Shown piece by piece: positions 13,068-25,994 of a stretch of DNA of 64,000 bases. The notes beneath the pieces were generated by a model, which saw nothing but the letters and a program-made list of their open reading frames with translations, did not search any database and was not told the DNA's origin. A program made the translations under genes and the position numbers. Origin of the DNA: Negaprion brevirostris (lineage: Eukaryota); NCBI GenBank assembly GCA_030324005.1, contig JARDVH010000073.1, positions 52,569,169-52,633,168 on the forward strand, given 5' to 3'. The first letter of the stretch is position 1; the number at the start of each line of letters is the position of its first letter.

Positions 13068-14920
13068 CTGCAAGACAAAGATGAAAGTTACATTTCATTC
13101 ATTTCTTTATGTACTATTGCACATTTAGTCACAGGTCGATTGCAACTGGGCCACCATTTCAACCACTGAAAGACAATTAGGAATGGACAAATAATGCTGG
13201 CCCAGCCAGCAACATCCTCATGGTGGTGAAAGATTAAGTAACGTCACTGTGTTAAGAAACTCCAATGGGACTGTCATGAATTTTTCACTTTCCTATTTCA
13301 AATTAAAGTCTAAGAATGCACTTGACAATGAAATCACTATTAATGTGAATGGAGACAATCTTGGGTTTTTGACTGCCAAATCAGGAAATATCAGTCTGTA
13401 CTAGGCCAATCTTGGAAAACAAATTAGCTTCAGAAAAGCTAAATATCCCATTATGCCTGATGAACAGCAATCTAGGGCAACATTAGAAAAACCAACACTG
13501 CTACAATAAACCAATTCTACTCCCAAAATTATCACTCTCTGTAAGTACTACAAGTTTTTCCAGAATCATGCTGGGTCTGTGCTGTGGTGATTCAAGTGAA
13601 AGGCTGCAAGAGTGCAACATGTCTGCCACATCCTGCGCCTCTGGAGTGTGTAATCTGACAATGCAATTAGCACATGGCATTAAACAAAATGGTACATACT
13701 TCAATTTCTGGGCCCTTCTAGAACCTTCAATTAAGCAGAGTTAAGCAGAAATTAGTTTCAAGCCTCAGGTAGCAAATGATCTAAACAACTCACACCATAC
13801 TTAGCATTTACAATTTGGTTCTGGTTATTTTAAAAGCATTGACCAGTAAGAAGCACTAATGATATGGACACTGACATGTCCAAATCATTGGCAATATTCA
13901 AGTCTTCTGTACAGCCAATTTCCAGGCTAGTGCAAGAGTTTCTGCTGGGTCTACTCTTTGCAGTTAGTATTGGCAGCTGACAAGCTTTAAAAACATCAGG
14001 ATATCAAATCAAAGAGAATCAATACAATAAAGTGGGTAATCAAGAATTTGGTACCTTAAGTACAGATGATCCATCAAATGGATGAAGTTGGACTTCCAAG
14101 CTTGCAGAATGGACATGCACTTCAAANNNNNNNNNNNNNNNNNNNNNNNNNNNNNNNNNNNNNNNNNNNNNNNNNNNNNNNNNNNNNNNNNNNNNNNNNN
14201 NNNNNNNNNNNNNNNNNNNNNNNNNNNNNNNNNNNNNNNNNNNNNNNNNNNNNNNNNNNNNNNNNNNNNNNNNNNNAAAACATTTCCTTCAGCTCCTGAT
14301 GTGACCATGTTTGTAAATACCTCCAAGAAATAACAAAGAACACTTGCTCCATTCAAGAGGCCACAAAGTGCAGATGTATACCAATCTTCACTTTTAGCCC
14401 AGTCCCAAAACTGCTCATTTCATTACCCCTAAATGCCTCCCAAAAAGAGCTGATTAAAGCCCACTTTTGTCCACCTCATTCAGCATCCTCTCCCTCTGAG
14501 GGGTGACGAATTACATACAGGCTATTCTATGAATTGTCCATCAGGAGATTGCCCACTGTTGGGTTAGCAAGCTGACCCAGAAACCCGCTTGTGCTTATTC
14601 CAAAAAAAGAAACAAAACAATGAGCAAAGTCAACAAGTGAACTGATCCAAGTGTTGAGGCACAGGTGTATTCCTACACTGAAGTTAGGCACTGGCTGGAT
14701 TAGCATGACCCATCAAAAAAACTAAATCATTAAAGCACATCCTATTGGACCTACACAATTGCTTCTTAGGCACCTACAAATTCCATTTGTAGAATAGGGT
14801 TCAACAGATGAAAAAAAACCACTATTCCTTCCAAGATAATAATTGCAAATGCTTTATGCTAAGACAGCAAGAAAAAGGACAGCAATTTTGTCCAAGTTAA
14901 AACCAGTCTCAGCCACTCAC

Positions 14921-15055
14921 AGTCTGCATAGCCTGAAAGGGTGTGGTCTTCATGCTAACTGGAGAATTGCTTACTCGAGTCTGGAGTACCCGTCCTTGGG
15001 ATGCTGGGGTTATTGCTGTGCTCGAGGCAGTCTGGTTATTAGGCAGAGCAGTCAC
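14921..15055 (-). CDS. CAPRIN2: Caprin-2 coding exon 14
   Basis: caccag|VTALPNNQTASSTAITPASQGRVLQTRVSNSPVSMKTTPFQAMQT|gtgagt; 135 nt; phase 0/0; PFQAMQT is a caprin motif. Confidence 0.9.
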
Positions 15056-15989
15056 CTGGTGGAATTGACACAAGGAATCAGCACTTGACAAACAGCTGTC
15101 ACTATAAAAATAGTTTCAAATCCACACTTAAGCCTGGCTGCCAGAAGTCAGCATTTTCAAACAGCACAAACTCATTAGTCACCAGTGCCAGAAGCAAGTG
15201 CATGCTGACTACAAGCAAATCAGGTTTTAAAAACAGCCAAATTTGAGGGGATCAGTTTTTCAGACTCAGTACCATTAACATGAAGCAATTTGTATTCACC
15301 CATGGTATGTGGGCATCGCCCATGAGGCCAGCAATTACTGACCACCTTAACTGCTCTAAAGATGCTGATGAGCTGCCTTCTTGGACTGCTGCTGTCCATG
15401 AAGTTATGCACAGCCAATACCGTTAGTCAGGAAGTTCCAGGATTTTGACACAGCAATAGCAAAAGGGATGACACTATGCTTGCAAGTCAGGATGGTCAGC
15501 AGCNNNNNNNNNNNNNNNNNNNNNNNNNNNNNNNNNNNNNNNNNNNNNNNNNNNNNNNNNNNNNNNNNNNNNNNNNNNNNNNNNNNNNNNNNNNNNNNNN
15601 NNNATTTTGACACAGCAATAGCAAAAGGGATGACAATATGCTTGCAAGTCAGGATGGTCAGCAGCTTGGAAGGAAGTGAACATTCTGAAGCTTCTGACAA
15701 TTTAGTCTTCCAAGGAGCAGACAAGTATTCAACAGGAGCAGAAAGTTCAGTCACGACTCACTAGTTCAAAATTCCGAGAGCTATCTGGATCATCACTTAG
15801 AAGGGAAAAAAAAATGCTTAAACAGAAATAATGGCATATCTGTCACAAGCAAAGAAAACAAAATGATATTGGATTCAGTGGAGCATTGCAGGATGGCTAC
15901 TTTAGATATATATTAATTGTTTTGAGGTCATATACTTAGGTAGGAGGAATCAAAAGGGAGATTTTAAAAAGGAGAGAGGCTGCAGGTGT

Positions 15990-16580
15990 AGTGCAGAGGG
16001 ATCCAAGTGTTCTAGCGCATGAATCACAAAGCTAGCAAGCAGTTAAAACTAGTTAAGGCAATCATTTTGGCCTTTTTGCAAGGGGATCAGAGTTTAAATT
16101 GTACAAGTTATGGTGAAACCTCACCTATGCAGTTTTGGACCCCTTACCTTAAAAAAGGATATATTAACATTGGAGACAGTCCAAAGGAGATTCGCCAGGC
16201 TATTTCCTGGAATGAGGGGATTGTCCCATGAGGGGACACTAATTTGTTTGGGTCTGTATTTCTTACAGTTAAGGGGTGATCTTATACAAAACGCTGAGGC
16301 AGACTTGACAAGTTAGATGGTGAGATGTTTTCATTAAATGGGAGAGTCTCAAACAAGGGCACATGCTCCAAGATAAAAGGCCAGTCATTTAAAACTGAGG
16401 TGCTTAGATTGTTCTGAGGGTACTGAATCTCTGGAATCCTCTGTCCCAACAGGGATTGAAGGCTGGATCATTAGAAGTATTTAAAGTGGAGGTGGATAGG
16501 AGAGATGGCACAGAAAAAAAAAGGAGTCAAGGCCAGCACAGATAAGCCAAAAATCATACTGGCCTACTCTTACTTCTATT
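15990..16580 (+). mobile_element. CR1 LINE 3' fragment
   Basis: KKDILTLETVQRRFARLFPGMRGLSHE...LRGDLI. Confidence 0.8.
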
Positions 16581-17409
16581 GTGTACAGATTGCTGCAAAT
16601 TTGAATGTTTCAGTTCTGACCAAACAGAAAAGGGTTCATGGAAGTGATCACTCGTTGTTACACCTCTTGCAGGGATTCACACCTGTCCTTCACCACAAAA
16701 CTCAACTTTATATGAGCTGCACCATGTGGAGCAATGTGTATGAATACTAAAACATCATGATGCCAATGCAGGAAAAATTATCCTGCTACCTTAGACCAAA
16801 TACTTCAGCACAATAACCAGTTAATTCTCAGGAGCATTTGGTACCCCACATGGAACAAGCACTCTAGGATTCACAGCTAAGAGCACAAGACATTTTAAAA
16901 TGGAGAGTTCAGATTCAGAACTTATACTGCTACTGTATCCCAATGCAATGCAAGGGATGACAGTTAAGCAACCCTGCAACAGGGATTCAAGGCTGGAAAT
17001 TTATGCCCTTGAGGGCATTTAGAAGTATAAAATTTGCAGCCATGGCATTACAGTCATTGCCTACTTACCACCAGGAATTGTGTTCATCGGTAGTGGTGAG
17101 GAATAGGTGAGCTGCTCATCCATGGGTCAATTGAGGCCCTAAGAGGCCAATTCCTGCCACTGAGAATGCTATCACATTGGCAGGTACCAGGACCAAGTGT
17201 CAAGGCTGCCAAAAGAGGTTCCTCCTGTTCACACATCTGTCCAATAGAATCCCACTGCCGTAACCAGCTGCTGATTGGGTTTGCAGTGTGAATCAGCCAA
17301 GCAAGGAAGACTGATCCATCTTCAGGATCACCTGAGTAAAAGTTCAATACCTATGCAACTAAAGTTGCAAGGCTCCCAGTGAATTAACAGTCAGACTGTA
17401 TAAAGCACC

Positions 17410-18000
17410 AGATAATGGCCATCTTGAACGAGAGAATCTAATTCAAATGCTTTACCATCTCAAAATTTCCCAACATCTTGGCATTCACCACTGATGAGCA
17501 ACTGAACAGGTGCAGTGGCTGGGAATTTTCAGAGGTTATCACCACCTAACTTTTCAAAGCCTGTCCACCATTAACAAGACAAGGATGATAGTAATCTATT
17601 TGGAGCTGCAATCATCCAGACAAACTCATTATCCAGAACAAAGCAGCACACTTGATCAACACCACATCCACCACCTTGAACAGTTACTATGTTGTAGGTG
17701 GAGACAGTAACTGCAGCATACACCATCTGTAAGATGCACTGCAGCAACTCACCGAGGCTCCTCAGACAGGACCTTCCAAACCCATACCCTCCACCAACTG
17801 AAGAGGAATGGTTAAAGTGCTTGGGACCAAGTCTCCCTGCAACATCATTCTGATTTTTAATTACATCACTTGTTGGATCAAAAATGCTTTTCCATCAGCA
17901 ACAAGGATTTACCTACACCTTTACTAATGCAGTTCAAGACCATCACCACCTTCAAGGTGAATTAGGGATGAGCAATACATGGTCTTGCCAATGATACTGA
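17410..18000 (+). mobile_element. Degenerate LINE 3' fragment (same family as 6720-7488)
   Basis: Shared segments such as caccatct..aagatgcactgcagcaactcacc and ccttccaaaccc. Confidence 0.55.
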
Positions 18001-18043
18001 TACTACAGAAACTGAACAATCCAAGTCTGCTTGAGCATAACCA

Positions 18044-19540
18044 TAATGTGCAGATACCAGTGTTGGACTGGGGTAAACACAGTAATAAGTCTCACAACAC
18101 TAGGTTAAAGTCCAACAGGTTTATTTGGTAGCAAAAGCNNNNNNNNNNNNNNNNNNNNNNNNNNNNNNNNNNNNNNNNNNNNNNNNNNNNNNNNNNNNNN
18201 NNNNNNNNNNNNNNNNNNNNNNNNNNNNNNNNNNNNNNNNNNNNNNNNNNNNNNNNNNNNNNNNNNNNNNNNNNNNNNNNNNNNNNNNNNNNNNNNNNNN
18301 NNNNNNNNNNNNNNNNNNNNNNNNNNNNNNNNNNNNNNNNNNNNNNNNNNNNNNNNNNNNNNNNNGAACCCAAGATCCTGGTTGAGGCCATCCTCATTTG
18401 TGCAGAACTTGGCTATCAAATTGGTGCTCAGTGACTGTGTTATCATGTGGTGAAGGCCACCTTGGAGGATGCTTACCCAAAGATCAGAGACCAAATATCT
18501 GTGACTGCTGAAGTGTTCCAACAGGAAGAAAACACTCTTGCCTGGCGATTGTCGAATGGTGTTCATTCATCTGTTGTCGTAGCGTCTGCATGGTCTCCCC
18601 AGTGTACCATGCCTCTGGACATCCTATCCTGTAGCGCATCAAGTAGACTGCATTGGCTGAGTTGCAAGTGTATGTACTGTGTACCTGGTGGATGGTTTTC
18701 TCATAAGATGGCATTGGTGTTGATAATCTTGCAGAGGCTGCTGTGGCAGGGTTGTGTGGTGTCTTGATCACTGTTCCCCTGAAGGCTGGGTAGTTTGTTG
18801 CAGACAATGGTCTGAGGTTGTGGTTGTTTGAAGGCAAGTGGGGGTGCAGGGATGGCCTTGCATGATGTCTGTCTGCAACAATGTTGAACACTCTGAAGAT
18901 GATGTTGTAACTTCTCCACGCCAGGGAAGTTTTGGACAGAGGGTATTCTGTTTGCTGTGCCCCATGTTTGTCTTCTGAGGTCAGTGTGGTTTTTCACTGT
19001 GGTGTATTGGAACTGTCGACTGCCATATCCTGTTCTTATCAGGGCACCTTTCAGCATCTGGAGGTGTCTGTTGTGATCCTCCTCATCTGAGCAGGTCCTG
19101 TGTTTCAAAGGAGGGCTTGTCTGTAGGGGATGGCTTCTTTAAAAGAGGTTTAGGGAAGCTGGAGAAATGGAGCATCGTGAGGTTATCCGTGGGCTTGCAA
19201 TACAATGAAGTGCTGAGGTGACAGTCCTTGATGGAGATGTGTGTCCAAGAATGCATTCCATAGAGTAGTCCACGGTGAGTCTGATAATGGGGTGGAACTT
19301 GTCATATGTTGACCAATCACTGAAACAACTATGAGTCCAAAGAAGAAAATGTCATTGATGATCTAATGTATAGCACTGATTGAAGGTCCTATGTGTTGAA
19401 GAGATCTTGTTCAAACTTATGAAAGATGTTGGCATATTGGAGCTGTGAATTTGGTCCCCATGGCTGTTCGTGTCTGAATGCAAACACACCCGGCCATCCC
19501 ATCATTTGGGCAATGAGACCCTGTGCGAGAACCTCTGTAC
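18044..19540 (-). mobile_element. Penelope-like element, left arm
   Basis: RT motif TAMGTKF and GIY-YIG motif YTCNSANAVYLMR...WYTGETMQTLRQQMNEH; terminal repeat at 18044-18138. Confidence 0.88.
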
Positions 19541-19589
19541 AATGGGTTTCAGAATGCCCTTGACGTTGTCAAAGAACCCCCAGCTTTAG

Positions 19590-21231
19590 TCACAATGGAT
19601 GTCTTGAAACTGCCATCTTTGTGGGAGATGCTGGTGTAATGTTGAGACATCCATTGTATCGTTGAGTGCTCCTGGTTCAACTGCTCTGTGCGCGCTGAGC
19701 TTCTGTAGGAAGTCTGTAATGTTGCAACAAAAGCTGGAGGTTCTTGTACAGTGGGTTTATGTCCTTGACATAGCTGGAGAGGCTTTTGCACAGGGTCCCA
19801 TTGCCCGATACGATGGGACAGCCTGTTGTGTTTGCATCCAGACAGAGTAGCCATAGGCAACAAATTTGCATCTCAATATACTAACATGTTCATGCATAGG
19901 TTTGAACAAGACCTCTTCACCACATAGGACCTTCAACGTATGCTACACACTAGATACAATAACATTTTCTTCCTTTGGACTCATGGTGAACAAATCACAA
20001 ACAACTATATGACGACAAGTTCAATCCCACCAGACTCACCATGGACTATTCTCCAGAATCGGTTGCATTCTTGGTCACGTATCTCCATTAAGGACAGTCA
20101 CCTCAGCGCCCCCCACATCACAAGCCCATGGATAATCTCATGATGTTCCACTTCTCCAGCTTCCAACCTAAACACGTTAAAGAAGCCATCCCCTATGGGC
20201 AAGCCTTAGGACCTACTCAGATGATCACAAGAGATACCTCCAGATGCTGGAAGATGCCCTCATAAGAGCAGGATATGGCAAATCGACATTTCTGACACAC
20301 CAGAGAAAAACCACACTGACCTATGACAAACACAGGATACAGCAAACAGAATACCCTTCGTCATCCAGTACTTCCCCAGAGTGGAGAAGCTATGACGTCT
20401 TTGCTGGACTTTAACATGTCATTGATGACAAACATCATGCCAAGGCCACCCCCACTTCTTGCCTTCAAAACAACTGCACAACCTCAAAACAGACCACTGT
20501 CCACAGCAAACTATCCAGCCTTCAGGAGAAGTGACCATGACACCACACAACCCTGCCACAGCAACCTCTGCAAGTAGTACCGGATCATCGACAGATGCCA
20601 TCATCTTATGTGAAAAGACTATCCACCTGGTACACAGTACATACACTTGCAACTCGACCAATGCTGTCTACTGATACGCTGCAGGAAAAGGATGTCCTGA
20701 GGCATGGTAGATTGGGGATACCATGCAGACACTGACAATGGATGAATGAACACTGCTCAATCACCAGGCAGGAGAGTGTATTCTTCCTGTTGGGGGAACA
20801 CTTCAGCAGTAATGGGCATTCAGCCTCTGATCTTTGGGAAACAGTTCTCCAAAGCAGCCTTCACGACACATGACAACTCAAGAGTTGCTGAGCAGAGACT
20901 AATAGCCAAGTTCTGCATACAATGATGGCCTCAACTGGGACCTTGGGTTCATGTTACATTATCTGTAACCCCTGCGACTTGCAAAATCTCCTGGCTGCAA
21001 ATACACTTCTCCAAGTTGTGTTCAAGCTTCTCTCCACTCATTGTCTGTACCTTTAAGACTTGATTACCTGTAAAGACATGCATCCCACCCATTATTTTGA
21101 GTTTGTCTTTATATGCCCTGTTTGTGGATGGAACTCCCACTCACCTGATGAAGGGGCAGCGCTTCAAAAGCTAGGGGCTTGTGCTACCAAATAAACATGC
21201 TGGACTTTAAGCTGATGTTGAGACTTCTTAC
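19590..21231 (+). mobile_element. Penelope-like element, right arm with inverted 5' segment (about 19590-19835)
   Basis: Mirror image of the left arm; STYTCNSTNAVY; degenerate hammerhead core ctgatga-aggggcagcgcttc-aaaa at 21145-21169. Confidence 0.88.
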
Positions 21232-21299
21232 TGAGCATAACCAAGCATAGAATCTGAGCACAAAAACCTCCCAGTCACAGGTAGTCCAGTAGCACGATC

Positions 21300-22620
21300 C
21301 TTTCTGGAAAGAAATGCAGTTCAAGCTTCATCTTGCACACTCAGGGACAAATCACAAGATTACCAACAGTAAAGGTAACAATTTAGACTGCATGAGGGGA
21401 GACTGTTGATTGACAGGCTAGAGATGTTGCCATGGAGAATGCATCTCAATTGAATGGTGTCTAACCTCCTACCCTTTGCAATTTTCCAATGGCTTGCTAC
21501 ATTTGGATTTGCAGCTGCATGCTGTGCCTTAAAGGGCTCCACCCTGCACTCAAATTTAACCACTGAAAAGCAGGAGCACCATTTCCTCAATGCATCTGCT
21601 GAAAACTCTGCTAGCGCTCTTTAGTACCATATACCACAAGCTTCCCTTCACCAGTTAATATACATGTTGGGATTCCTGCAGTTCCACACGTTACAAGATT
21701 GGCCTCAATAGCAACTTCATAAATAGGACCTGAGCCGTTTGCTCTCCAGGCAAGCTTGATGCTGAACGAGGGAGCATAAAACCATCCCACAGGGTAATGG
21801 CCACCATGATCAGATCACTGTTTTGCATGCATTAATTGTCCTGAGGCTGCCACTTTCATACTTGAAAAGTGCCCAGTTGACATCAAGAATACAGTGGAAG
21901 GGCGAGGTATCTCAAAAACATAACAGGTGAAGTTAATTGTCCCATATAGTAGCAACACGAGTTGTATCCTCCAGTAATGAGGTGCTGCCGTCAAGCCAGA
22001 AAGACATTCTATCACAAGTAATGTGGTCTATAATTCAGTCTTAGTCTGATGCCAGGAATGTGGTACGTACATCCCAACGACTGGTGGATCAGATCAAACT
22101 GCATGTCCTTTCAGCTGTTTGCAACAGGAAGAACAGCCTATACCCAACCAGCCTGTGCCTATAAAAATAAAAAAACTTGAAACAAGTGTCAAAAAATAGA
22201 TGGATTGAATAACATTTGTTAACACAATCCTGACTGCTTGGAATTACACTAAAAAAATTAGTCAATCAGTATGGCTCATTTGGCATGCTAGAAGTCATTC
22301 ACACAGCCTGTCCTTGGTAAACAGAAAAGGATGTCCACAATTTGTGCCTTTAACTATAGGGAACAGCCATTCCCTGGTTCATTCTTCATGACAATGCACA
22401 GACCAGAGTCGACCTGATTGGTCTGAATTTGACAAAGCTTATAGTTAATGCTGCTTTTGCCATGGCAACACCTCTACCAGCATCCACCTGCCAAACAACT
22501 AGCAGTCTACACAATGATTTGTTCCTTTTACTGTTGGCAATCTTGCAAACTGTCCTACTGAGTACAGGGGAAATGCTTCAACAGCATGGCTCTTTATCAT
22601 CAACACAAAATACTCCTTAA
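21300..22620 (+). mobile_element. Second Penelope-like family, 5'-truncated, with inverted terminal repeat
   Basis: GIY-YIG remnant SNVVY...RTSQRLVDQIK at 22018-22110; about 21310-21450 is the reverse complement of about 22450-22590. Confidence 0.7.
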
Positions 22621-23475
22621 TTGGAGCTGTCATTTTTGTGCGACTCAAGTCTTCTAAAGTTCAGGGCACAGAAGGCATTTTTCTGCCATTTACTCAATCC
22701 AGAAGGGCACCAATAATACCACACTTCTCAGAAGGCCATCCTTTTCCTGCCAAAGGGTATAAACTGACTTCATATAAAAAAGACAGTGAAGATGAAAATC
22801 AGATTTGCAAGAATTGGGAGGGATCCAACACAGCCAAGCTAATTATTGCAGTGAGGTGATCCAGCTTAATGCACTTATCCATACAACATTCAGGATCACA
22901 CATGCCAACATAAAGTAGTTCTACNNNNNNNNNNNNNNNNNNNNNNNACACTGGATGCCATCTTGTGCTGAAGATATTTATACATATTCTTACTAATCCA
23001 TGACAACTACAAATCCCTTAGTATTAAAAACTACTAAGCTTGATTGAAATCAGCAAACAATTGTAACCTGTCAGTCAAGTGTAATGTGCACAAGACACAT
23101 CAACTACATTCACTGTTCCCATTACATAAGAGGCAGAAACCCATGTTAACTCCTCCCCAATATTCAGCTCCAAACTATTTGTGATTTGCATACAATTTAG
23201 AAGTTATGGGGGGCATTTTGTACAAATATTAGTTTCCCACCCACTCACTGACCACCTCCACCCCCCCCCATCTAAATAATAGGTTAACAGTTAATTTAAA
23301 AACCTTTCCCCACACAAATTAGAACTAGATGCTGGATTGCACTGTGCAGCACTTGCAGAATTTACTCAACAAAACACAAGGTTTGAGACACATCTGATTA
23401 GAGGTTTTATATTTCAGATAGTCAAACCACAAAAAAAGGGATTTCGCNNNNNNNNNNACCACAAAAAGCACTCAC

Positions 23476-23589
23476 CTGATTTGTCTCCAAGGACTTTTGT
23501 GTTAAAGATTCACTGATGGGTGTGCTCACTTGGTACATCTGTGGTGGTGGAATGTACGCTTCACTTTCCGAATTGCGTGCAGCCGAATT
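23476..23589 (-). CDS. CAPRIN2: Caprin-2 coding exon 13
   Basis: ccttag|NSAARNSESEAYIPPPQMYQVSTPISESLTQKSLETNQ|gtgagt; 114 nt; phase 0/0; consensus donor. Confidence 0.75.
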
Positions 23590-23689
23590 CTAAGGATATA
23601 AAGTCAAGAGTCAAGCCCAGCCACTTTAAATTACTAGTCTTCCTTCATTATCAAAGGACAGATAGGTTGATGGTAATAGACAGGTAGGT

Positions 23690-24410
23690 AGCAGATGAAG
23701 CTCAATGTGGAGATAAGTTCTTTTATTAGGAACAACATGGACACAAATAAGGGGTGCAGGAGCAGAGGGACCCGAGTGTATATGTACATAGATTTTTGCA
23801 GGACAGGCAGAAGCAGCAGCCCCATATGCTTTATGAAGTATATGGTACTTCATGCCCTAATAAAATCCTGAATACAAGAGGAAGGAGATTATGCTGAGTT
23901 TATAACAAGACCAGTTAGACCAGGCATGCACTATTGTGTACAGCTCTGGGTGCCATGCTATAGAAGAATGAGAATACACTGGAGTGCAGAAGTGGTTACA
24001 AGAAAGTTATAAACTAGATTGGAGGGGGTTGCAGCTGGGCTGTTCTCCTTGGAGCTGTGGCCAAGAGGAGATTTGATCGATGTCCAAATTCTCGGAGGGC
24101 TGAATAGTAGATAGGGAGAACCTGTTCCCATTTGTAAAAGAATATGAGAACAGGAGGACACAGACCAAGTGATGTGCAAAAGCAGCAAATGTGATGCAAG
24201 TACTTTTTCCATACAGCAAGTGGTTCAGGTCTGGTTCTTTCTCCATACCAAGTAGTTAAGGACTGGAATGCACTGCCTGACATGTGGGAAGCAGGTTCAA
24301 TCGAGGCATCCAAGATGATTTGAATAGCAACAGCACTAAGTTACGATATTCATTTGGGTACTTGATGCAGATGTGATGGGCCAAACAGCCTCCCTTTGGC
24401 CCCATAACAA
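23690..24410 (+). mobile_element. CR1 LINE 3' fragment
   Basis: YCVQLWVPCY and RGDLI remnants; gatgggcc... tail. Confidence 0.75.
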
Positions 24411-25886
24411 TTGTTATATCACTAGGTGTAGTTGCTTGATCAAATCTTGAATTAGACTTTTGGCATTCTATGAGCTTGCTATCTTGGAGAGGTGGAAATG
24501 CAAAGTCAACCATCTATCTCAACCTTAAGGATTTATCATAAAGGCAAACTGTGCATATTTCCTCCTTCTTTAAGGATCACACAGTCAGTGACATTACTAC
24601 CTCTTTAACCAAGTTTAATATGCAAAACTGATTTGGTTCACAGGAAGAAAAACAAATCAGGAATTATTCTATGGCATCAGATGTGAGCAACATGTATCCT
24701 GCACAAAACATCTGTGCAAATTACTAGTACAGCCACATTTGTAATACTCAAGTGCAATGTTTACTATCCAGTCCCAACAGGGAAAAATCAAACCATTTTT
24801 AGAAATGTTGCTCCCCCTCCAAGGGACAATGCCTTGACTGAACAAAGGTTGAAGAACCAGCAGTGATTAAGATTTATTTTCTTCAATAGACGTGGTGTTT
24901 ACACCAAATTCTCCTTAAACCTTTTGCTTCCCACTCTCCCAGTAATGCTCAGTTAAAAATTAAAATATTCCTATAAGAAAAAAAGGTCCACTAACATTCA
25001 GATGCATTAAATAAAGTAAAAATAGATTAAAATGTTAAGACAAGCAGTGGAGTCATTTCATTATGACAATCACTAAAATTTATAAAGCTATAGTATATTA
25101 AGCACAGCTAGGAATCTGCAGGGGAAGGGCACGAGAAGTATTACTAGGCCGGATTGGCCAAATATCTTCCCTCCATCTCATCCCTATTCCCCAGCTCACC
25201 AAAAAGATGTGCCACATGGAGAAGCATAGCCTTCCTACTAGAGCAAAATAAAAGGTAACAAACATGGAACTCATTGATGGGAGGCAGGACTTGTTGTGGT
25301 TCCAATATGTAGGTCAGAACAAAAGTTTAATAAGGTTTTTCAAAATAAAATCACCCATAAACATTTTTTTTAAAGCACTAACTTTTTACCTCAAGGTACA
25401 GGTAAAGTGTTAATGCACAAAGATAATTGTGTTTGCACTCTTATGCCACTCAGTAGAGCACTTGGTACAGCTAGTCTATTCAGGTACTGAAATTTTTTTT
25501 TTGAGAGAATTCTTTAATAATTGGCTGAAAGAAAGATAGGGAGGGTATTCTGGCACTTCATAAACAGTTCTAAAAACTTTTGACTCAGGAAATGTTGATG
25601 GTTCAAACAATTAATTTTTTAATGAAATGAAGTCTATCAACTGATTGCATAAAGCTTTAACTAAGTGTTAACTTGATCCATCTTTGGAGAGAAGTTGATA
25701 AAAATTCCAGTCCAGATCACAAGGTGGTTGTATCATGTCCCTAATGTTTGTCTATTTGCAAATAGACAAATGGCAACAGCTGTGTTCAGATTGTGGACAG
25801 AAAAAGTCATGTCATAACCAGAGTCCATATCTACACTTACAAATTCATAAATGAGATAGACAGGGAAGTCAATTATAAAATCTCAC

Positions 25887-25994
25887 CTGTGGTGTTTGCC
25901 CCGAAAGATCAGATGTGGAACCAGATAGTGAAGACTGGTCATCCGAACCAGAACTGGCCCCAATATTGGAAAGGGCACTCAATTCTGAAGCAGG
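25887..25994 (-). CDS. CAPRIN2: Caprin-2 coding exon 12
   Basis: ctctctcag|PASELSALSNIGASSGSDDQSSLSGSTSDLSGQTPQ|gtgaga; 108 nt; phase 0/0; DQSSxSGS resembles CAPRIN2 DQASSGS. Confidence 0.8.

Noticed and set aside
15443-15665. 61-bp direct repeat on both sides of a 100-N gap
   Set aside because: Typical unmerged contig overlap (one mismatch, likely allelic); assembly artefact
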